Source: Chloroflexota bacterium
Lineage (GTDB): Bacteria > Chloroflexota > Dormibacteria > CF-121
DNA: 64,000 nucleotides
NCBI GenBank assembly: GCA_034666565.1
Contig: JAXDLN010000119.1
Coordinates: 204,162 to 268,161, forward strand
Direction of reading: 5' to 3'
The position numbers and the translations under genes are program-made. The notes below the pieces were generated by a model that worked only from the letters and a program-made list of their open reading frames with translations, was not told the origin of the DNA and ran no database searches. The first letter of the stretch is position 1; each line of letters starts with the position of its first letter. Below are positions 12,835-24,040 of this stretch, one piece after another.

Positions 12835-14448
12835 CTACATGCGGTCGGGTGCCGAAACGCCCATCAGCCCAAGCGCGTTGGCGATCGTGACGCGCGCCGC
12901 GCGCGATAGCAGCAACCGGGCGGCGGTGAGCGGCGCATCGTCGGTTACCACTCGGCAGTTCTTGTAGAAGCGGTGGATCGCGGCCGCCAGGTCATCCGTG
13001 AAGAAGGCCAGGCGATGCGGCTCGAGCGCCTCCGCCGACTCGTGCACCACATCCGGCCAGCGCATCATGACCCGCATCAGCTCCAGCTCCCACTCCGAGC
13101 TCAATCGCTCCAGCGCGGTCGGGCCCACGACGTCGCCGCCCAGCTTGAGCACGTTGGCTAGCCGGGCATGGGCGTACTGCGCGTAATAGACGGGGTTTTC
13201 ACTCGACTGCCGACGCGCAAGCTCGACGTCGAATTCCATCTGGGCGTCGGCCGAGCGCAGGAGAAAGAAGTAGCGCACCGCATCGGGGCCGACCTCGTCC
13301 AGCATTTCCTTCAGGGAGATGCCGACGCCAGCGCGGCGCGACATCCGCACCGTTTCCTCGCCGCGCTTCACCGAGACGAGCTGGACGAGCAAGACGGACA
13401 ACCGCGCTGGATCGATCCCGAGCACGGCGAGGGCCTCCTTGACCCGTCCGACCTGACCCTGATGGTCGGCGCCCCAGACATCAACCACGCGGTCGTAGCC
13501 CCGCTTCTCAAACTTGTCGCGGTGGTAGAGGATGTCGGACCAGAAGTAGGTTGGATAGCCGTCGCGCTTGATCAGGACCTCGTTTTTCTCGCCGTCGGTC
13601 TTGAACCAAATCGCGCCGTCCTTCTCCTCGATGCGTCCCAGCTCACGGAGCTTGCCCATGGTGTCCTGGTCCCAACCGTTGTAGAGGCTGCTCTCCGAGA
13701 AGAAGTTGTCATGACGGATGGACAGTCGCGAAAGGTCATCGGTGATGCGCTGTTGAACCCATTTCATGCCGAATTCGGCAAGCGCTGTTGGTTCCGCTGT
13801 CAGCCCGTTGCTGGCGGCCTCGCGGCCAATCTCGTCGATGTAGCTGCCGCTATATCCGCCCTCGGGCACGGGCAGGTCCTGCATGCGGGCGGCAATCGAT
13901 TCCCCAAACAGACGAACCTGCCGACCCTTGTCATTGACGTAGTACTCGCGCTGGACGCGAAAGCCCGCCGCATCCACCACCCTGGCCACGACATCGCCGA
14001 CGACTGCGCCGCGCGCGTGACTGAACAGCATCGGCCCGGTCGGATTGGAGCTCACGAACTCAACCTGCACGCGCTTCCCTTGCCCGACCTCACTCCTCCC
14101 CCAGTGTTCGCCCGCGTCGGCAATAGGCGCCAGTTGCATCTGCAGCCAGGCCGGCTCCAGGGTGATATTGATGAACCCCGGTGCGGCCAGCGCGACGCGG
14201 CCGAGTGAGGGCGGCAGGGCCATCGCGGTTGACAGCTCGGTCGCGATCGCCATCGGCGACCGGTGGAGCGTCCGGGCAAGCTTCAGCGGTAGCGTGACCG
14301 AGTAATCGCCATGGGCCGGGTTCTGCGCTCGCTCAACCAGCACCGCCGGCAGGGTGGTCGAGGCCGGCCAGCCACTGATCGACGTAACCGCCTGGCGAAC
14401 CGCCTGATCGATGATCGACGAGGGAGACCTGGGCGGTGACGCGATCAG
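12835..14448 (-). CDS. argS: arginine--tRNA ligase
   Basis: HGDYSV (FGDYQ-type) and HVGH-class catalytic core. The frame stays open upstream of the track start (14343). Collinearity with E. coli places the N-terminus ~14-25 codons upstream, and the only candidate initiator is a CTG overlapping the htrA stop (cTGA). Confidence 0.85.
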   Translation of the reverse strand: MIASPPRSPSSIIDQAVRQAVTSISGWPASTTLPAVLVERAQNPAHGDYSVTLPLKLARTLHRSPMAIATELSTAMALPPSLGRVALAAPGFINITLEPAWLQMQLAPIADAGEHWGRSEVGQGKRVQVEFVSSNPTGPMLFSHARGAVVGDVVARVVDAAGFRVQREYYVNDKGRQVRLFGESIAARMQDLPVPEGGYSGSYIDEIGREAASNGLTAEPTALAEFGMKWVQQRITDDLSRLSIRHDNFFSESSLYNGWDQDTMGKLRELGRIEEKDGAIWFKTDGEKNEVLIKRDGYPTYFWSDILYHRDKFEKRGYDRVVDVWGADHQGQVGRVKEALAVLGIDPARLSVLLVQLVSVKRGEETVRMSRRAGVGISLKEMLDEVGPDAVRYFFLLRSADAQMEFDVELARRQSSENPVYYAQYAHARLANVLKLGGDVVGPTALERLSSEWELELMRVMMRWPDVVHESAEALEPHRLAFFTDDLAAAIHRFYKNCRVVTDDAPLTAARLLLSRAARVTIANALGLMGVSAPDRM

Positions 14449-15626
14449 GGGTGCGTTCCGAGCGTAACCTGGAGCGTCTGGGTCTTCCCGCCGCGGTAGA
14501 CCGCCACGGTGATCTTGGTGCCCGGTGCGTACTGGCGCAGGACGTCCTTCAGTGGATGTTGATCGTCGATCGTTTGGTCGTTCACCTTGGTGATGACATC
14601 GTTGACCTTGATCCCCGCGTGGTCCGCCGGCGATCCGGCCGTGATCGCCGTGACGACGGCGCCGACGACCAGCCCATTCGCGGCGGCAGCGGTCTCGTCG
14701 AGCTGGTTGTAGGTCACCCCGAGGAACGGCCGGTTGACGTGTCCGGTCTGGACCAGCTGGTTGGCGATATCCCGGGCAGCGTTGCCGTCGAGGGCGAAGC
14801 CGAGGCCGGGGCCGGCCTGCGCCTGCTCGATCGCAAAGTTCACGCCAACCACCTGGCCCGCCGAGTTCAACAGGGGACCGCCGCTGTTTCCCGGGTTGAT
14901 CTGGGCGTCGGTCTGGATGGCGTTCAGGATGTTTTCCACCTGGCCGGTGGACGCATTCGGTATCGAGATGAAGCGGTGGAGGGCGCTAATAACTCCCTTG
15001 GTTACGCTGTTCTGCTGGCCGAGCGGGCTCCCGATGGCGATCGCGAGCTGCCCCACCTTGAGTGCGCTCGAGTCGCCCCAGCTCAGGGCGGGCAAGTCCT
15101 GCGCATCGATCTTGAGGACGGCGACGTCATCTTCGGGACTGGTGCCGACGACACGCGCGTCGTACGTCTTTGCCTGGTCGCGCAGGATGACCTGCAGCTG
15201 GCGGGCATTTTCGACCACGTGATTGTTGGTGACGATGTATCCATCCGAGCGAACGATGAATCCGGACCCGATGCCATGCTGCTCTTGCTGAAGAAACATG
15301 TCGGGCGAGGTAATCGTCGTCTTGATCTCGACGACGGCTTTTCCAGCCTGCGCCGCGACACTGATCACGGCCGATTCCTCGGTCAGGTTATTGGTAATCG
15401 GTGCCAGCGGGGCTACGACGGCCGTCCCCGAGGGCGTCACCTTGATCAGCCGCGTGGCCAGCAGGATGGTCGCCGCCGAGCCCACCAGGCCACCGATGAT
15501 CGCACTGACCAGGACGACGGCGATAAAACCGGTCCGGCGGCGCGGCCGCGCAGGCTTCTCGACCGGCACCGGTGTCAGGGGTGCCGGTTCGGGCGGAGGT
15601 GGGAAAAATTGAGGTTCGCTGGCCAT
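14445..15626 (-). CDS. htrA: HtrA/DegP-family serine protease with one PDZ domain
   Basis: GSGFIVRSDGYIVTNNHVV and GNSGGPLLNS catalytic motifs with a C-terminal PDZ. Start taken at the MASEPQ ATG; the track ORF extends to 15911 through a Pro-rich region. Confidence 0.85.
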   Translation of the reverse strand: MASEPQFFPPPPEPAPLTPVPVEKPARPRRRTGFIAVVLVSAIIGGLVGSAATILLATRLIKVTPSGTAVVAPLAPITNNLTEESAVISVAAQAGKAVVEIKTTITSPDMFLQQEQHGIGSGFIVRSDGYIVTNNHVVENARQLQVILRDQAKTYDARVVGTSPEDDVAVLKIDAQDLPALSWGDSSALKVGQLAIAIGSPLGQQNSVTKGVISALHRFISIPNASTGQVENILNAIQTDAQINPGNSGGPLLNSAGQVVGVNFAIEQAQAGPGLGFALDGNAARDIANQLVQTGHVNRPFLGVTYNQLDETAAAANGLVVGAVVTAITAGSPADHAGIKVNDVITKVNDQTIDDQHPLKDVLRQYAPGTKITVAVYRGGKTQTLQVTLGTHP

Positions 15627-15657
15627 CGAACTCAGCCCAATTCTACGCTCGAATCTT

Positions 15658-16062
15658 TTAGCGACCGGGCAGCGGAAGCCACGTAAGGACCAACTGCTCG
15701 GTCCGTCGGAATCCTGCCTCCTCGTAGAGGCGCACCGCCTTGGGATTGTTCTCCCGAGTCCAGACGGCAGCAAAGGTGACGTTTCGCTCACGAAATAGTT
15801 GCACCGCGTGGCGAAGGAGGCGTCCGCCAATCCCCTGGGATCGGAAGGCGGCGTCGACGTAAACCTCGGCGACCTCGGCCTCGAGGCCGGTACCCGGGTT
15901 GAAGAGCACACACCAGCACAGACCCACGACCTTTCCCGCCGCCCGGGCCGCGAGGATGATGTTCTCGCCGGCGAACCGCGGGCCGGGTGCGGTCGCGATG
16001 TCGTGCTCGATCTCCTCCTCGCTCAGCTGCGGATGGTCGTAGTGCCGTTGTTCGTCGAGCAT
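15658..16062 (-). CDS. GNAT family N-acetyltransferase
   Basis: C-terminal 135 aa of the track ORF: VYVDAAFRSQGIGGRLL acetyl-CoA motif. Upstream part of the track ORF overlaps the SPFH gene out of frame. Start uncertain (16062-16140). Confidence 0.65.
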   Translation of the reverse strand: MLDEQRHYDHPQLSEEEIEHDIATAPGPRFAGENIILAARAAGKVVGLCWCVLFNPGTGLEAEVAEVYVDAAFRSQGIGGRLLRHAVQLFRERNVTFAAVWTRENNPKAVRLYEEAGFRRTEQLVLTWLPLPGR

Positions 16063-16145
16063 GAGCTCGCGTAGCAGCGGGCGGACGAGGTCATGCTCGG
16101 CCGGATCGAGAACGCCGATGGAGATATCGGTCGCAGCCGGCCGGT

Positions 16146-17069
16146 CTATGTCTTCCCGCCCGCGGGCGCGGCATCGAGCACGCCGCGGATCGCCTGGACG
16201 GCGCCCAGCAGGGCCGCGGTCTCCACGGGTACGACAATCTTGGTGTTCTCGCTGGCCGCGAACTTGGACAGCGTGTCGAGTTGCAGGATGGAAACGAGCG
16301 TGGGATCCGGGGCGGCGGACTTGATCGCCTGGTAGACGTTGGCGATCGCCTGCGCCCGGCCCTCCGCCTCGAGGATGGTCGCCTGGCGCAGACCCTCGGC
16401 CCGCAGGATGGCCGACTGCTTGTCGCCTTCGGCCGTCTTGATCTGCGCCTGCTTCTGGCCGTCCGCAATATTGATTTGCGACTGCTGCTGCCCTTCCGAT
16501 TTCAGGATGAAGGCACGCTTCTCCTGGTCGGCGGTCTTCTGCAGGGCCAGGGCGTTGAGGATCATCTGCGGCGGCGTGATGTCGACGATCTCGATCCGAT
16601 TGATCCGGATGCCCCATTTATCGGTCACCGACTCCATCTGGGCCTGCAGCTGCGCATTGATCCGTTCCCGCTGACTGAGCGCATCGTCCAGGCTCATCCC
16701 GCCGAAGATCGCGCGCAAGGTCGTGCGCGACAGCTGGTCGATGGCCACGAAATAGTTGCTGACGCTGAAGAGCGCCAGCCTGGGGTCCACCACCTGGCTG
16801 AAGATCGTCGCATTCACGCTGACGGTGACGTTGTCGCGCGTGATCACGTCCTGCTTATCACCCGTGCGCGGGGTCTCTCGAATGTCAACCGTAGACATCG
16901 AGTCGACCAGAGGGACGAGGAACGTCACGCCAGGCTGCCGCACGGAGTGGAATTCGCCAAGGCGCTTGACGATCCCGACGTAACCCTGCTGGATGATGTT
17001 GACGGTGCGGGCAATGATGACGAAGACGAGCAGGACGACAACGGCGACGACAATTAGCGGTGCTGACAT
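16146..17069 (-). CDS. SPFH/band-7 (stomatin-prohibitin-like) protein
   Basis: N-terminal TM, band-7 core, and a Q/A/E-rich coiled-coil tail. Confidence 0.85.
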   Translation of the reverse strand: MSAPLIVVAVVVLLVFVIIARTVNIIQQGYVGIVKRLGEFHSVRQPGVTFLVPLVDSMSTVDIRETPRTGDKQDVITRDNVTVSVNATIFSQVVDPRLALFSVSNYFVAIDQLSRTTLRAIFGGMSLDDALSQRERINAQLQAQMESVTDKWGIRINRIEIVDITPPQMILNALALQKTADQEKRAFILKSEGQQQSQINIADGQKQAQIKTAEGDKQSAILRAEGLRQATILEAEGRAQAIANVYQAIKSAAPDPTLVSILQLDTLSKFAASENTKIVVPVETAALLGAVQAIRGVLDAAPAGGKT

Positions 17070-17083
17070 CTCTCCACCTCTCC

Positions 17084-17557
17084 TCAGACGGACGGCATTG
17101 ACGGGGACGACGCGGGCGGCAGCGACGCCGCGCGGACAACGAGGACGGTGCTGCGCAGATCGGTGACGATGACCGGGGTGGCGACCGGCAATGGGCTGCC
17201 GTCTTCGGTGATGGCGGGCCAGAGCTCCCCGGCGATCTTGACGTGACCCGGTTGGCCGGACGCAAGGATCGGATCGGTCAGCACCGCCCGCTGGCCGACC
17301 ATGTTCTGCGCCCCGGACTCGAGTCGCCGGCGGCCGATGTGCAGGCGCTCGACCAGGAAGGGGCGGGCAGCGAAGATGCCGACGACCCCGATCACCCCCA
17401 GCACGATGGCCTGCACCAGGAGACCGAATCCGAGCAGGCTGACGACCGCGGCCGCGAGCGCCCCGACACTAAGAAAGACGGCGAAGAAAGCGACCGTCAT
17501 GACTTCGGCGATCGCAAAGGCAACGGCGACGATGATCCAGAACCAGAACGCCGTCAT
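17084..17557 (-). CDS. NfeD-family membrane protein (partner of the SPFH protein)
   Basis: Three TM helices plus a C-terminal OB-fold-like soluble domain. Canonical position upstream of an SPFH gene. Confidence 0.75.
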   Translation of the reverse strand: MTAFWFWIIVAVAFAIAEVMTVAFFAVFLSVGALAAAVVSLLGFGLLVQAIVLGVIGVVGIFAARPFLVERLHIGRRRLESGAQNMVGQRAVLTDPILASGQPGHVKIAGELWPAITEDGSPLPVATPVIVTDLRSTVLVVRAASLPPASSPSMPSV

Positions 17558-17591
17558 CCGCGGCCATTCTAGGCCTACGGAGCGTGCCTCT

Positions 17592-17840
17592 TCAGGCGGC
17601 TTCGGCCTGGAAACGCCCGCGCGCGCGGCGTTCGACGGCCACCGGCATGATGCCGGCGCCCTGGATGACCTCGAGGACGCGGGTCAGGCCGACTTCTTTG
17701 CGGCCCGCCGGGAAATCGATCCCGATCACAGACATCGCCGCATCGCAGTCGGGGCAGCTCGTGGCGCTGACGGCGTCGGTTGGATCCCAGATCCGCTGCG
17801 CGCACGCACCACAGCCCCGACAGATGAGATCGAAGACCAT
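17592..17840 (-). CDS. FmdB-type zinc-ribbon protein
   Basis: MVFDLICRGCGA....SCPDCD two CxxC knuckles. Start assumed at an internal Met. Confidence 0.45.
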   Translation of the reverse strand: MVFDLICRGCGACAQRIWDPTDAVSATSCPDCDAAMSVIGIDFPAGRKEVGLTRVLEVIQGAGIMPVAVERRARGRFQAEAA

Positions 17841-17925
17841 CCCCTTCCCCACCGCCACAGGCGTGCGGTCCCCACCTCGCTCCACGTACGTACAACCCGG
17901 AATCTCCCTCCGCCTTGCGGCGCCG

Positions 17926-19155
17926 TCAGGCGCTCAACGTCCGCCGCCAGCGTGACGGTATGCGGTCGTAATCGATCGCACTCGCGCCGACGAACGCACC
18001 GAGCTGGGCAATGGCATCTTTAATGGATCGCGCGATGCTGGCATCCTCGCACCCCGGCTCGATGCTGATGGCACGAATCGACAGCCGCTTCGACTTGCGG
18101 TCGAAGGCGGGGTCCACGCGCGCCACGATTCGATCCTCGTGCAACACTGGCATCACGTAGTAGCCATATTGCCGCTCGACCACCGGGACGTAGATCTCCA
18201 TTTTGAAATCGAATCCGAACATCAGCCGCGTCCTGGCTCGATCGCGGATCAGGTTGTCGAATGGGGACAGCAGAGTGGTCCGCGGGCTCCAATCGCCCGC
18301 CTCGATGCGGTCCAGCACCGCGAGATCCTCGGCGTGCACGTACCAGGTTGACGGCCACAATCGATGAGCGCCCGTGACCTTGAGCGACACGATACGCCCC
18401 TGCTTCTCGAGCTTTAGCAAGGCCGACGCGAGGTTCGGATAATGCGACGAAATGAAGTGGTGGCTGATATCCACGGCGCGTCCCACGCCCAGACCGCGCA
18501 ACGAGATTTCCGCTGCCCAACGGACGATGGCCGCCTCCGACAGCGCCGTCATTGGCGTCCATGGAGGAAGGCACCGCTCTGGGAAATCCCATAGCTTCTG
18601 CCCTCCCTGACGTCCTGCCACCATCAACTTTCCGGATCGCCAGAGGATGGCCAGCATCATGCCAACGTTGCGATTGCCGGTCCATCCGCTCGACTGCCAG
18701 CCAACGCTCGAGGCGTCCTCGAACGCGCGCGACGGCAGCGGTCCATGTTCGCGTACCTGACGGACGATTCTTCGGCGGAGCGCATCGTTAGCCTTCACCC
18801 ACCCCAGCGCTCGCGGCGTCCAGCTCCATTTGCCCGACGCGTAGCGGCGAGTGATCCAGCGGTGAATCGGGTAATGCTCGGTGAGCACGATCGAGGCGGC
18901 ATGCGCCCAGGCTTCAAACAGGCGTCGTTCTTCCCAGAGCAACGTGTCGAGGTGTTTTTGTTGGTAAGGTCCAACCCGGCTGAAGACAACGAGTTGGTGG
19001 CTGGGCGCCACCACGCTGGTGGGGTCGAGTTGCAGGCAGCCGAGATCCCTGACGACATCGAGGATCCCCTCGACATTAGGTTTGCTCCTTGGTCCCGCCA
19101 ACCGCTGGCGCGTGATCGCCAGCCGTCGCGCGGTCTGGGCCGAGATGGTGCGCAC
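17926..19155 (-). CDS. YcaQ/AlkZ-family winged-helix DNA glycosylase (DUF1006)
   Basis: LQLDPTSVVAPSHQLVVFSRVGPY and ERQYGYYVMPVLHEDRIVARVD match E. coli YcaQ blocks. Confidence 0.75.
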   Translation of the reverse strand: MRTISAQTARRLAITRQRLAGPRSKPNVEGILDVVRDLGCLQLDPTSVVAPSHQLVVFSRVGPYQQKHLDTLLWEERRLFEAWAHAASIVLTEHYPIHRWITRRYASGKWSWTPRALGWVKANDALRRRIVRQVREHGPLPSRAFEDASSVGWQSSGWTGNRNVGMMLAILWRSGKLMVAGRQGGQKLWDFPERCLPPWTPMTALSEAAIVRWAAEISLRGLGVGRAVDISHHFISSHYPNLASALLKLEKQGRIVSLKVTGAHRLWPSTWYVHAEDLAVLDRIEAGDWSPRTTLLSPFDNLIRDRARTRLMFGFDFKMEIYVPVVERQYGYYVMPVLHEDRIVARVDPAFDRKSKRLSIRAISIEPGCEDASIARSIKDAIAQLGAFVGASAIDYDRIPSRWRRTLSA

Positions 19156-19182
19156 CGACGAAGCTTAGTGAAGGTTAGAGAA

Positions 19183-19254
19183 AGCCGCCTCGGGGATTCG
19201 AACCCCGGACCGATGGTTTACGAAACCATTGCTCTACCGCTGAGCTAAGGCGGC
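19183..19254 (-). tRNA. tRNA-Thr (anticodon CGU)
   Basis: Hand-folded cloverleaf: GCCGCCU-UA-GCUC-AGCGGU-AGAGC-A-AUGGU-UUCGUAA-ACCAU-CGGUC-CGGGG-UUCGAAU-CCCCG-AGGCGGC-U. CCA not encoded. Confidence 0.85.
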
Positions 19255-19273
19255 TCGCCAGCGCTCGGCTATT

Positions 19274-21910
19274 TTACGGTTCCGAGCCGTCCGACGAACC
19301 CGCGGCGACGACGGCAGGCTCCCGCGCACCCGCTTTGCGCAGGATCAGTGCACCGTCCACGGCATCGACCAGGACGGTGTCGCCCTCGCGGAACTTGCCG
19401 TCGAGCACCGCCATGGCGAGTGGGTCCTGTATACGGCGCTGGATGACTCGCTTGAGGGGGCGGGCGCCGAAGGTCGGGTCGTAGCCTTCGTTGGCGATGA
19501 CCTCGATGGCGGCGGGCGTTAACTGCAACGTGATCCGCCGATCGCCGAGGCGTTTGCGCAGCCGCTCGAGCTGGATATCGACGATGTGCTTGATCTGGTC
19601 CCTCGTCAGCGGCTTGAAGATGATGATCTCGTCGACGCGGTTGAGGAACTCGGGCCGGAAGTTGTGCCGCACCGCTTCGAGGACCGCCTTCTGCTTGTCA
19701 TCGTCGCTCAGGCTCGGATCCTGCAGGATGTGGCTGCCGAGGTTCGACGTCATGATGATGACGGTATTCCGGAAGTCGACGGTGCGGCCCTGGCCGTCGG
19801 TCAGGCGCCCGTCCTCGAGGATCTGCAGCAGGATGTTGAACACATCCGGGTGCGCCTTCTCGATTTCGTCGAACAGGATGACGCTGTAGGGTCGGCGGCG
19901 GACCGCCTCGGTGAGCTGACCGCCCTCTTCGTAGCCGACGTAGCCAGGGGGCGCGCCGACGAGCCGCGCGACGGTGTGCTTCTCCATGTATTCGGACATG
20001 TCGATGCGGACCATCGCCTGCTCGTTGTCGAACAGGAATTCAGCAAGGGCGCGGGCCAGCTCGGTCTTCCCCACGCCGGTCGGTCCGAGGAAGATGAACG
20101 ACCCGATCGGTCGATTGGGATCGCTCAGTCCGGCACGGCCGCGGCGAACCGCGTTGGCGACCGCCGTGACGGCCTCATCCTGGCCGACCACGCGCGCATG
20201 CAGCCGCTCCTCCATCTTGATCAGCTTCTGGACTTCGCCTTCGAGCATCTTCTGCACCGGGATGCCGGTCCAGCGGGACACGATCTTGGCGATGTCCTCT
20301 TCGTCGACCTCTTCCTTGAGAAGGCGATGCTCCTTCTGAAGGGCGACGAGCTCGGTGTTCTTCGCCTCGAGGTCCTTTACGACCTTGGGCACCTCGCCGT
20401 ACTTCAGGCGAGCGGCCGCTTCGAAATCCGCCATTCGCTCGGCGCGCTCGGCGTCGAGGCGCAACTGCTCGAGTCGCGCCTTGAGCTCCCGGATCGATTG
20501 GATGAGCGCCTTCTCCTGCTGCCACTGCGACCGCATGACTTTGCTCTGTTCCTGCAGGTTGGCGAGCTCCTTCTCGATCGCGGTGAGCCGATCCTTCGAG
20601 GCACGGTCCTGCTCTTTCTTGAGCGCCTGCCGCTCGATCTCGAGCTGTCGAATCTGGCGCTCGATCTCGTCGAGCTCCTGGGGCAGGCTGTCGATCTCCA
20701 TGCGCAGGCTGGAGGCGGCCTCGTCGATCAGGTCGATCGCCTTATCCGGCAGGAAACGGTCGGTGATGTAGCGGTGTGAGAGCACCGCGGCGGACACGAT
20801 GGCGGAGTCCGTGATCCGCACGCCGTGATGGACCTCGTACTTTTCCTTGAGACCGCGAAGGATTGAGATGGTGTCTTCGACCGATGGCTCGCCGACGAAG
20901 ATCGGCTGGAAGCGCCGTTCGAGCGCCGCATCCTTTTCGATGTACTTTCGATACTCGTCGAGCGTCGTGGCGCCGACGCAACGGAGCTGGCCACGAGCCA
21001 ACGCCGGCTTCAGCAGGTTGGAGGCGTCCATCGCACCCTCGGCGGCCCCGGCACCCACGAGCGTGTGGAGCTCGTCGATGAAGAGGATGACCTTGCCGTT
21101 CGATGACTCGATCTCTTTCAGGACGGCCTTCAGCCGGTCTTCGAATTCGCCGCGGTACTTGGTACCGGCAATCAGCGAACCGAGGTCGAGCGAGTGGACG
21201 CGCTTGTCTTTGAGCGACTCGGGCACATCACCCTGCGCGATCCGCTGGGCAAGTCCCTCGACGATGGCCGTCTTGCCAACGCCGGCCTCGCCGATCAACA
21301 CCGGGTTGTTCTTGGTACGGCGCGAGAGGACCTGGATGACGCGACGGATCTCCTGCTCGCGGCCGATGACCGGATCGAGCTTGCCTTCGCGGGCGAGCGC
21401 GGTCAGGTCGCGGGTGTACTTTTCGAGCACCTGGAACTTGGATTCGGGCGATGCATCGGTGACCCTGGTCGAGCCGCGCACCTTGGTGAGCGCTTCGAGC
21501 ACCTTCTCGCGGGTGACGCCGGCCCGTTGCAAAATCTTGGCGCCCTCGCTGTTCGTCTCATCGATGATCGCGAGCAGCAGATGCTCGGTGGAGAGGTACT
21601 CATCCTTGAGCCGCTCCATTTCGTTCGAGGCCGAATCCAACAGGCGGCGGAGCCGGGAACCCAGGTAGGTCTCGGCGCCGTAGACCTTAGGTAGTCGGTC
21701 GAGCTGGGCTTTCAGCTCGCCTTCGACTCGCGATGGTTCCACGCCGATCTGCTGCAGGATGGGGCGAACCGTGCCGTCCTGCTGCTGCAGCAAGGCGTAC
21801 AAGAGGTGCTCGGGCGTGATCTCCTGGTGCTGGGCTTCCTGCGCAAGCGACTGCGCTTGCTGGATTGCCTCCTGGGTCTTTTCGGTTAATCGGTCAGGGC
21901 GAAACGGCAT
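19274..21910 (-). CDS. clpB: ATP-dependent chaperone ClpB
   Basis: 878 aa with two AAA+ modules and a middle coiled-coil domain, N-terminal Clp_N. Confidence 0.95.
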   Translation of the reverse strand: MPFRPDRLTEKTQEAIQQAQSLAQEAQHQEITPEHLLYALLQQQDGTVRPILQQIGVEPSRVEGELKAQLDRLPKVYGAETYLGSRLRRLLDSASNEMERLKDEYLSTEHLLLAIIDETNSEGAKILQRAGVTREKVLEALTKVRGSTRVTDASPESKFQVLEKYTRDLTALAREGKLDPVIGREQEIRRVIQVLSRRTKNNPVLIGEAGVGKTAIVEGLAQRIAQGDVPESLKDKRVHSLDLGSLIAGTKYRGEFEDRLKAVLKEIESSNGKVILFIDELHTLVGAGAAEGAMDASNLLKPALARGQLRCVGATTLDEYRKYIEKDAALERRFQPIFVGEPSVEDTISILRGLKEKYEVHHGVRITDSAIVSAAVLSHRYITDRFLPDKAIDLIDEAASSLRMEIDSLPQELDEIERQIRQLEIERQALKKEQDRASKDRLTAIEKELANLQEQSKVMRSQWQQEKALIQSIRELKARLEQLRLDAERAERMADFEAAARLKYGEVPKVVKDLEAKNTELVALQKEHRLLKEEVDEEDIAKIVSRWTGIPVQKMLEGEVQKLIKMEERLHARVVGQDEAVTAVANAVRRGRAGLSDPNRPIGSFIFLGPTGVGKTELARALAEFLFDNEQAMVRIDMSEYMEKHTVARLVGAPPGYVGYEEGGQLTEAVRRRPYSVILFDEIEKAHPDVFNILLQILEDGRLTDGQGRTVDFRNTVIIMTSNLGSHILQDPSLSDDDKQKAVLEAVRHNFRPEFLNRVDEIIIFKPLTRDQIKHIVDIQLERLRKRLGDRRITLQLTPAAIEVIANEGYDPTFGARPLKRVIQRRIQDPLAMAVLDGKFREGDTVLVDAVDGALILRKAGAREPAVVAAGSSDGSEP

Positions 21911-21965
21911 AGTGTGGGTCTACCCGACTCAGAATATCCCTTAAACGAGCCAGCCGCCAAACGGT

Positions 21966-22005
21966 CCGCCCCCACCCCGCCCTCCCCCAGAGGGGGAGGG
22001 GAAAA
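21966..22005 (-). repeat. copy B of the C-tract/G-tract hairpin/G4 repeat, in the dnaK-clpB spacer
   Basis: ccccaccccgccctcccccagagggggagggg. Minus-strand sense: CCCCUCCCCC-UCU-GGGGGAGGG-CGGGGUGGGGGC. Confidence 0.7.
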
Positions 22006-22013
22006 AATCCTGG

Positions 22014-23918
<1,905 letters not shown>

Positions 23919-24040
23919 CTCGTAGTACTCCTTAAAGGATATGGGGCCCCGGCGCACTCGCGCCCCGGGCAAGCTGGGCGGTATATACCCTCGCCAATTC
24001 GGCGCTAAACGATACGAACCCTAGAATAGTTTCAGGTTAT

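Noticed and set aside
15658-16617. Full 319-aa track ORF for the GNAT gene
   Set aside because: Its N-terminal 180 aa overlap the SPFH gene in another frame and are Arg/Pro/Gly junk. Only the C-terminal ~135 aa form a GNAT fold.
20847-21668. 273-aa and other plus-strand ORFs inside clpB
   Set aside because: Antisense to clpB, Ser/Arg-rich.
21966-22005. The C/G-tract hairpin as a rho-independent terminator of dnaK or promoter-proximal terminator of clpB
   Set aside because: No U-tract follows the hairpin on either transcribed strand (the U6 run precedes it on the minus strand). It is kept as a structural repeat instead.
23941-23975. Full CIRCE (HrcA) or HAIR (HspR) operator upstream of dnaK
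   Set aside because: Only a GCACTC half-site inside an imperfect GC-rich palindrome is present. Neither consensus is matched.
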